Source: an uncultured Bacteroidales bacterium (lineage in GTDB: Bacteria > Bacteroidota > Bacteroidia > Bacteroidales > WCHB1-69). Taken from it: a DNA stretch of 64,000 bases. Below are positions 38,868 through 45,319 of the stretch, in pieces (positions within the stretch are counted from its first letter, which is position 1; every line of letters starts with the position of its first letter). The DNA lies in NCBI GenBank assembly GCA_947167635.1, contig CAMVIT010000003.1, positions 26,299 to 90,298 of the forward strand. Direction: 5' to 3'. The position numbers and the translations under genes are program-made. Under the pieces are notes generated by a model. That model searched no databases. It was not told the origin of the DNA and was given only the letters and a program-made list of their open reading frames with translations.

Positions 38868-39128
38868 ACTCCCCTTCTGATTTTCAGAAGGGGTGGCCGT
38901 AGGTCGGGGTAGTTAATATATAGATTTATAATACCTTATAAAAGAAACAACCACTATTAACAGCAGCAGAATCAAAGACCTCTATGTCCAGAATCTCCCC
39001 CGTGAACAGAAATTTGTCGGGTTATTATCGCATGAACCGCAATGCGGACAACAAGGATGGCCTAACGGCCAATCTCTCATATATCTACCCCGCCCTTCGG
39101 GCACCCCTTCTTCAAAAAGAAGGGGAGT
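38868..39128. repeat. inverted pair of REP-like hairpin elements (MITE/BIME-like, ~45-bp imperfect terminal inverted repeats)
   Basis: 38868-38912 ACTCCCCTTCTGATTTTCAGAAGGGGTGGCCGTAGGTCGGGGTAG versus the reverse complement of 39085-39128 ACTCCCCTTCTTTTTGAAGAAGGGGTGCCCGAAGGGCGGGGTAG. Each arm holds a 9-10-bp perfect stem-loop. Confidence 0.75.
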
Positions 39129-39214
39129 TTTTTGGGTGCAGCACCCAAGGTGCCGCGAACACTAAAAGCGATGGAGTCCACGTCGTTATAGGTTTCCTAT
39201 GGTCAACTACCTTA

Positions 39215-39961
39215 TCATTGCCAAAACAATTCGTGCGTGGCGACCACGAGGCATCCATACAGTCCGGCGGTTTCAGTGCGCAGGCGTCGGTTGCCCAATT
39301 TCACCTCTGTATAGCCTGCTTCGCGGGCTAAAGCGATTTCCCTTTCACTGAAGTCACCTTCGGGCCCGATGAGCAACACCACCTTGTCAGTGGAAAATGT
39401 TTCGGCGGCAAACTGGCGGGTGTTTTTGTCGTCGCACCAGGCGATATAGCGGTTGGCGACCCAATCGCGTTGCTGTTCCATGAAGCCGGTGAAAGGGAGC
39501 ACCTCCATCGTGGGCAGCCAGGTGGTCTGGCACTGCTTGAGGGCGGATACGGCCACGCGGCGCAGGCGGTCCAAATTGACGCGCGGGCGCTCCGAGTGGT
39601 CGCAAATCAGGAAGGTGATGGCCTCTACGCCAATTTCCACGCTCTTTTCGACAAACCACTCGATGCGGTCAGCGTTCTTGGTGGGGGCGATGGCAATGTG
39701 AAGATGCAACTTCCGTGTGCCCACCTCTTCCTTCACCTCCTTGATTTCCAGCACGCACGCCTTGGGGTCGGCGACCATGACAATGGCCCTCGCCTCCCGT
39801 CCATGGCCGTCGGTGAGAAAAACCTCGTCACCCTCTCGGTGGCGCAGCGCCCGACAACAATGTTCCGATTCCTCGGCACTGAGCTTGATTGTCGGTTGTG
39901 ACAAGTCGGGATGGTAAAAGTATTGGTTGAAAACAGTTGGCTTTGTATCTTTGTTTTTCAT
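39215..39961 (-). CDS. rsmE: 16S rRNA (uracil1498-N3)-methyltransferase
   Basis: 248 aa. 'HCCRALRHREGDEVFLTDG', and a SPOUT C-terminus 'LLIGPEGDFSEREI...LGNRRLRTETA'. Confidence 0.88.
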   Translation of the reverse strand: MKNKDTKPTVFNQYFYHPDLSQPTIKLSAEESEHCCRALRHREGDEVFLTDGHGREARAIVMVADPKACVLEIKEVKEEVGTRKLHLHIAIAPTKNADRIEWFVEKSVEIGVEAITFLICDHSERPRVNLDRLRRVAVSALKQCQTTWLPTMEVLPFTGFMEQQRDWVANRYIAWCDDKNTRQFAAETFSTDKVVLLIGPEGDFSEREIALAREAGYTEVKLGNRRLRTETAGLYGCLVVATHELFWQ

Positions 39962-40055
39962 TACGCGAGTATGGTTTTTTGAAATACACTTTCTTTTCCG
40001 CTATGGTTTCTTTCGAAACCACACATCCAGAGTTTATGCTGTGAAAATGTATAAA

Positions 40056-41648
40056 CTAATCCCTGATTTCCGACTCCACAAGATAATCCCCCACCGTCAT
40101 CGTCTCCCGTTCGAACTGCACGCCGACTTTCACGACCTTGCGGCCTTCGGTTTCGTAGGGCAGGGCGTACCCCTTGCTGTTGATCTGGTCAAGGGCCTCC
40201 TGTGCTGTGCCGTTCGCTTTGAGTTCAAAAACGTAGGTGGTATCGGGCATCAGCACCACGACATCGGTGCGGCCGCCCGCACACTTAACCTGCGTGCGCA
40301 CATAGACGTTGAGCATCGAGAAAATCAGGTACAGCGACCATTCGTAGAACCCTTCGTAATTCTTCACCTCCGCCAACTTCTTTTGGAAGCCTTCCGCGTA
40401 GGGCAGTCCGGCAAAGTAGGCCTTCATCTCCTGCATGGCGAGGTCTATGTCGTTCTTCTTCAGAGCCTGCCAAAGTTTCAGGGCGAACCCTTTCTGCACG
40501 TTGGGACCATCAACTCCCACGTAGATGGGCAGCAGCCCGCGGGTGAAGCCTAAGCGGACCTCGTTGTTGGGGATGCCGAGGGTGTAGATGTCCGATTCGC
40601 GGTCGTAACCCTTGATGGTGATATAACCGCTTTGGTAGAGCAGCGGCAGGGCGGTCTCCATGGCTTCGGTGGGGCGGTCGAAGGCGTCAGACGGCTCCTC
40701 TATGCGATCCATCGCGGTGATGTCGGTGCGGTAGTGCTGCATCTGTCGGATGAGGAAGGTCGGGGTGCCGCTCTCGAACCAATAGTTGGCAATGTTCCTC
40801 TGGTTGAAACATTTCAGCAGGCTGAACGGGTTGTAGATGTCGGGGGACTTTTTGGCAAAGCGGTAACCGTCATATTGCTTTTTCAGCTTGTCGTGCATCT
40901 CCTCTGGGGTGCATTCATATTCTTCGGACAGCATTGCGATATCGGGGGCCATGTCAGTGGCGAGTTCCTCCTCTGTGATGCCGCAGATGGCGGCGTACTT
41001 GGCATCCATCGAGATGGTGGTGAGGTTGTTGATGGTGGAGAAGATGCTCAGCTGCGAGAATTTGGTGATGCCGGTGATGAAGCAGAAGCGGATCATTCCC
41101 TCGCACATTTTCAGTCTTTGGTAAAACTCCTGCATGACCTCGCGGACCGCCTCAAGCCGTTCCGGGTCGTGAAGCACGTCCAACAGCGGAGCGTCGTATT
41201 CGTCAATGACGACCACTGCCTGGCGGCCGGACTTCTGAAAGGCTCGCCGGATCAGTCCGGCCAGCCTCATGCCCGGGGAGACCTCCGTCTCGTCTCTGCC
41301 GTAGTCTTTCTCTAAGATGGCGAGCTGTCTCACCAACTCCGCTTTGACCTGTTCAACGGGCAGATGCCTGGCACCGCTCATGTCGAAATGAAGTACCGGG
41401 TACTGTTCCCACTCCGTCTCCAAGTCCATGATTTTCAATCCTTCGAAAAGTTCCTTTTGCCCTTTGAAGTAGGAGTCCAGCGTGGTGGTCAGCAGGCTCT
41501 TGCCGAACCGGCGCGGGCGGCTGAGGAAGACGAATTTCATGCGGGTCATCTCCCACACCAAGTCTGTTTTGTCGATATAAATGTAGTTGCCCTTTCTGAT
41601 TTCCGAAAAGGTCTGGATTCCGACGGGGTATTTGCGGACGGTGTTCAT
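40056..41648 (-). CDS. predicted AAA-ATPase fused to PD-(D/E)XK nuclease domain (AAA-ATPase_like / PDDEXK_9 architecture)
   Basis: 530 aa. N-terminus 'YPVGIQTFSEIRKGNYIYIDKTDLV...FLSRPRRFGKSL'. C-terminus 'GGRTDVVVLMPDTTYVFELKANG' is a D..E-x-K nuclease motif. Confidence 0.8.
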   Translation of the reverse strand: MNTVRKYPVGIQTFSEIRKGNYIYIDKTDLVWEMTRMKFVFLSRPRRFGKSLLTTTLDSYFKGQKELFEGLKIMDLETEWEQYPVLHFDMSGARHLPVEQVKAELVRQLAILEKDYGRDETEVSPGMRLAGLIRRAFQKSGRQAVVVIDEYDAPLLDVLHDPERLEAVREVMQEFYQRLKMCEGMIRFCFITGITKFSQLSIFSTINNLTTISMDAKYAAICGITEEELATDMAPDIAMLSEEYECTPEEMHDKLKKQYDGYRFAKKSPDIYNPFSLLKCFNQRNIANYWFESGTPTFLIRQMQHYRTDITAMDRIEEPSDAFDRPTEAMETALPLLYQSGYITIKGYDRESDIYTLGIPNNEVRLGFTRGLLPIYVGVDGPNVQKGFALKLWQALKKNDIDLAMQEMKAYFAGLPYAEGFQKKLAEVKNYEGFYEWSLYLIFSMLNVYVRTQVKCAGGRTDVVVLMPDTTYVFELKANGTAQEALDQINSKGYALPYETEGRKVVKVGVQFERETMTVGDYLVESEIRD

Positions 41649-41682
41649 GACGGACGGTTTTATCGCGGCAAAGATACGATTT

Positions 41683-43368
41683 TTACCTCTTCACAAACTT
41701 AATAGATTTAGTCGCCCCATCATTGGATTTCAGACGAAGCAAATAAATCCCAGATGCCAAATCCGAGACATCAAACGTGAAAGTCTGATCGAGCATTTTC
41801 TCTGCCTTGATTACCTTTCCTGTCACATCCAGGATTGATATATCAAAATCAGAAGTTGCTGTACTAGTCAGATTCAGAGTGGTAGTAGCTGGATTCGGAT
41901 AAATAGAAATCTCATACTTCCAATCTGTCACAAGCGGATTTATTTCCACTTGGATAGGGAGAGATACTTCATCTTCACAAGATAGTCCCAAATCAGCACC
42001 AAATATTCCAGAGTACTTCAATACATGGTCCCCTACCGAAAGGCCATTGGTATAGACAGTGAAGACTGATGGAATACTCGATACCGACAATACATCATCG
42101 ATATACAGATCACCACCAGGCGGAGATACATAGATGACAAAAGTAGAATCAGTGAAAATTTGTGGAGTCTGGACAGTCATGGAGATATCCGGATTGTATA
42201 CTTCTACCCACACTGAGTCGTGTGTCACACAACCATGTTGGTCAGAGAAATCCACAGACACCCAGGTCGACATAGTCATAGGCGGAGTCAAATATTCTGC
42301 CACATATACCGAATCTGTCTCTATCCACGTAGAATAATTCACACTATCCTCCAAGTCTCCTACATGCCACAGATAGCTAGTCTCATACCCCATACTTTGT
42401 GCATGTAAAGTATCTACTCCTCCATAGCACACCCGAGAATTTGTAGCTGAAAGTGAGATAGAGTCTTCCACGTATTCATAAAGATAAGTAAAAATGCAAT
42501 TAGTTTCCATTCCCCATGCTTTACACCCCTTTGAGTCATACATGTATACACCATAGATATACCCACTATACGCCCCACAAATAAGCCTAGTTGTATCTTC
42601 CATAAAAACTTGACCAGTATCACTATAGTAAAACCAAGTAAAATTATATGGTGGTGTTCCGCCATAAATGCTAGTTGACAAACATCCAGGCTGACCAATA
42701 CATACAGTATCTGTGTAAAGTGAATCATAAATATCCACCCACGGTTCAGGTTGCTCTATGGTGACACTATCATGATACTCACAGCCATTAGTTCCATGTG
42801 CAGTGACATGGTAAGTCCCCGCTCTCAAACCAGTTAGAGTGACAGAATCATAAAACGTACGGCCATAGAAGAATGGTGTATCTACCTCTGCTTTTATCCA
42901 CTCATAATCCTGTACAGGATTATCCAAATCTACATGAAATGAACCATCCATATACGGATACAGATATCCATCAGGACATGTCACATGCTTGACCAAATTT
43001 GTGGGAATGGAGATAGTAGGCGGAACATGGATAGAAAAAGCGATAGCTTTCACAGCACTCAATTCTGCTCCATTCACAGAATCCACATAGCACATAATAG
43101 TAGTATCACTAGGAACATCGAATGTAACTACGATATACGGCTCCGTCGTATAATACCTCACCCCCTGACAGACATAGCTACAACTTGTCTGAAAATGTAA
43201 AGAAGGTGGTATCGGCGTACTAATCTCAGATCCAGCACATACAGATATAGTTAAACCATAAATAGTATCCCCCGAAAGTAATTGATTCGGAGTAGGAAGA
43301 GAACCATTCCTTGCGAATCCAGTTAGACTCACAAAGACAAAACACAAAAATAACAATACTTTTTTCAT
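41683..43368 (-). CDS. T9SS (type A CTD) secreted protein, unknown function, low GC
   Basis: 561 aa. Signal peptide MKKVLLFLCFVFVSLTGFA. C-terminus 'IYPNPATTTLNLT...GIYLLRLKSNDGATKSIKFVKR'. Two 60-nt lines I counted were 40-42% GC, against 57% for a metG line. Confidence 0.8.
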   Translation of the reverse strand: MKKVLLFLCFVFVSLTGFARNGSLPTPNQLLSGDTIYGLTISVCAGSEISTPIPPSLHFQTSCSYVCQGVRYYTTEPYIVVTFDVPSDTTIMCYVDSVNGAELSAVKAIAFSIHVPPTISIPTNLVKHVTCPDGYLYPYMDGSFHVDLDNPVQDYEWIKAEVDTPFFYGRTFYDSVTLTGLRAGTYHVTAHGTNGCEYHDSVTIEQPEPWVDIYDSLYTDTVCIGQPGCLSTSIYGGTPPYNFTWFYYSDTGQVFMEDTTRLICGAYSGYIYGVYMYDSKGCKAWGMETNCIFTYLYEYVEDSISLSATNSRVCYGGVDTLHAQSMGYETSYLWHVGDLEDSVNYSTWIETDSVYVAEYLTPPMTMSTWVSVDFSDQHGCVTHDSVWVEVYNPDISMTVQTPQIFTDSTFVIYVSPPGGDLYIDDVLSVSSIPSVFTVYTNGLSVGDHVLKYSGIFGADLGLSCEDEVSLPIQVEINPLVTDWKYEISIYPNPATTTLNLTSTATSDFDISILDVTGKVIKAEKMLDQTFTFDVSDLASGIYLLRLKSNDGATKSIKFVKR

Positions 43369-43407
43369 AATCTACATGTTCGGCAAAGAACCAACAACTT
43401 TACGGGG

Positions 43408-43415
43408 CAAAAATA
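43408..43415 (-). promoter_or_regulatory. -7 box TATTTTTG upstream of the 561-aa T9SS gene
   Basis: Minus-strand GTATTTTTGCCCCG, 39 nt upstream of the ATG at 43368. Confidence 0.55.
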
Positions 43416-43455
43416 CAAAATATTCAGATATGCCCGTGTTTTATCATGTTTATTA

Positions 43456-43846
43456 ATGCCGACACCGTTTTTTCCCCGCACACCTACGGCGTGCGACAAC
43501 CCGAATCGCCGTCCGCATTCCTACCGAGCCCTTCAGCCCTAACGGGCTGTTTCGTGGCCGGAACGGTGTCCCGTTGATACGGTCGCGGTTGCGGTTGTTG
43601 GCAGGAGCGGTTTGGTGGGTTCGGAGGTATATACGCAAAAGGAACGGTTTCCCGAATCGGTTACGATTGCAAGTGGTGACAGGTTGGGTGGTTTGCCGGG
43701 TGTTATGCATAAACGCGGAAAGGGTGGTTGTCCGAATCTGTTACGGTCGCGGATGTTGGCAGGCCGTCAGGTCTGCCGGGCTTGGTAGCACAGGCGTGTA
43801 CGGGCGTGTTGTCGCAGGCCGTCAGGTCTGCGGGCAAAAACCGAAT
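43456..43846 (+). repeat. REP-like higher-order repeat, copy A
   Basis: Contains the X box plus hairpin (43521-43549), Z hairpin plus GGGCTTGGTAG (43758-43788) and W hairpin (43813-43831). Roughly 95% identical by eye to copy C, with a 6-bp indel. Confidence 0.9.
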
Positions 43847-43860
43847 ATAAAACACATCAA

Positions 43861-44319
43861 TCAAACATCTTCAAATATGTATCGTTCGTCAAATTCTATC
43901 TCGTTTTTTCTCAACATATCCAAATATTCCTCACGGAACGATCTCTTGGCATGGTGTTTTTCTTGATTCAAAATGTATTGCACAACTCTTGGCACATGAC
44001 TCTTTGAATATGAAAAAGCCCCATAACCCTCCTGCCATTGGAATTGGAATCTAGTAAGCCTTTCTTTGTTTATCCATTCTGAAGTTTCGCGTTTCAATCT
44101 TAACATCAAGGATGATAAAGATTGTGTTGGTCGAAAACCAAACAATAAATGCACGTGATTTGAAACGCCGCCAATCGCCAAGGTTTTGTGCCCTTGGTCA
44201 TTGACAATTGACGCCATGTAGCTATACAATCGTTCACTCCATTCTGGTGAAATTAATGCGTCTCTATTTCGTACGGCAAAAACGGTTTGAATGTGAATTT
44301 GGGTGTAAGTGTTGCTCAT
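43861..44319 (-). CDS. HUH/Y1 single-strand DNA transposase, IS200-like / REP-associated (RAYT-like)
   Basis: 152 aa. 'QIHIQTVFAVRNR', HUH motif 'NHVHLLF', catalytic-Tyr context 'WQEGYGAFSYS'. Size and motif order fit the Y1_Tnp family. Flanked on both sides by REP-like repeat arrays. Confidence 0.85.
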   Translation of the reverse strand: MSNTYTQIHIQTVFAVRNRDALISPEWSERLYSYMASIVNDQGHKTLAIGGVSNHVHLLFGFRPTQSLSSLMLRLKRETSEWINKERLTRFQFQWQEGYGAFSYSKSHVPRVVQYILNQEKHHAKRSFREEYLDMLRKNEIEFDERYIFEDV

Positions 44320-44354
44320 AATTTCATTGTTTTTTTAATAATTTTTTTGGGCGG

Positions 44355-44362
44355 CAAAAATA
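44355..44362 (-). promoter_or_regulatory. -7 box TATTTTTG upstream of the Y1 transposase gene
   Basis: Minus-strand TTATTTTTGCCGCC, 35 nt upstream of the ATG at 44319. The gene has its own promoter-like box. Confidence 0.55.
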
Positions 44363-44445
44363 AAAAATATCATAAAATATTGCGTATCAATATTTTAACA
44401 ATAAATTGTAAAAATAAAACACATTGTATTGACTCTCTTTTATTT

Positions 44446-45314
44446 ATGCCGACACCGTTTTTTCCCCGCACACCTACGGCGTGCGACAACCCGAATCGTC
44501 GTCCGCATTCCTACCGAGCCCTTCAGCCCTGACGGGCTGTTTCGCGTCCGGAACGGTGTCGCATAGTTGGGGTGCGGGTGTTGGTGGGTTCGCGTTTTGC
44601 CGGGTGTGGTGCATAAACGCGGAAAGGGTGGTTGTCCGAATCTGTTACGATTGCAAATGTTGACAGGTTGGGTGGTTTGCCGGGTGTTATGCATAAACGC
44701 GGAAAGGGTGGTTGTCCGAATCTGTCACGGTCGCGGATGTTGGCAGGCCGTTAGGTCTGCCGGGCTCGGTAGCACAGGCGGGTGCGGGTGTGTTTTCGCA
44801 GGCCGTCAGGCCTGCGGGCAAAAATCGAATCCCACACCGTTTTCCATAATGCCCGCACACCTACGGCATGCGCAAAAACCAAACCGCCGTCCGCATTCCT
44901 ACCGAGCCCTTCAGCCCTACGGGCTGTTTCGTGGCCGGAACGGTGTCCCGTTGATACGGTCGCGGGTGTTGGCAGGAGCGGTTTGGTGGGTTCGGAGGTA
45001 TATACGCAAAAGGAACGGTTTCCCGAATCGGTTACGATTGCAAGTGGTGACAGGTTGGGTGGTTTGCCGGGTGTTATGCATAAACGCGGAAAGGGTGGTT
45101 GTCCGAATCTGTCACGGTCGCGGATGTTGGCAGGCCGTTAGGTCTGCCGGGCTCGGTAGCACAGGCGGGTGCGGGTGTGTTTTCGCAGGCCGTCAGGCCT
45201 GCGGGCAAAAATCGAATCCCACACCGTTTTCCATAATGCCCGCACACCTACGGCATGCGCAAAAACCAAACCGCCGTCCGCATTCCTACCGAGCCCTTCA
45301 GCCCTAACGGGCTG
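44446..45314 (+). repeat. REP-like higher-order repeat, copies B (44446-44830), C (44831-45217) and partial D (45218-45314)
   Basis: Landmarks recur at exactly 387 bp (44742->45129, 44797->45184, 44899->45286). 44661-44926 is repeated at 45048-45314 with a single 1-nt indel. ~80-bp subunits are visible at 44579-44657 and 44658-44737. Confidence 0.92.
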
Positions 45315-45319
45315 GTTAA

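Larger units (their letters stand above)
43847..44445 (-). mobile_element. Y1-transposase cassette (gene plus promoter) interrupting the repeat array
   Basis: Unique AT-rich ~600 bp between the last array-homologous base (43846, ...CCGAAT) and the resumption of array homology (44446, ATGCCGACACCG). Bounded by the 11-mer ATAAAACACAT at 43847-43857 and 44414-44424. Confidence 0.55.

Noticed and set aside
38984-39331. A 115-aa plus-strand ORF 'MSRISPVNRNLSGYY...' spanning the hairpin cluster and running antisense into rsmE.
   Set aside because: It reads straight through the REP-like hairpin and terminator-like H3 plus T6, and it overlaps the well-supported rsmE gene on the other strand. It has no motifs. 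The region is more plausibly non-coding.
43453-43710. Paralogous 84-85-aa basic ORFs 'MHNTRQTTQPV..CNRNRFG...RVVARRRCAGKKRCRH' on the transposase strand at 43453-43710 and 44440-44694. I considered whether they are a small accessory protein.
   Set aside because: The equivalent frame in copy C is cut by a TAG created by the 1-nt loop deletion at ~44919, and the middle third is not conserved between the two copies. The pattern is better explained by repeated non-coding DNA that happens to be open.
44567-45307. A 246-aa plus-strand ORF running through the repeat array. The 387-bp period equals 129 codons, so the frame is preserved across copies.
   Set aside because: The composition (rich in C, R, G and W) looks like translated GC-rich non-coding DNA. 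There is no promoter box or plausible start context. A period divisible by three has a 1-in-3 chance of arising by accident.
43456-45314. A possible CRISPR array.
   Set aside because: There is no alternation of a short constant repeat with unique spacers. The whole 387-bp unit repeats, the subunits are diverged versions of one another, and there are no cas genes.
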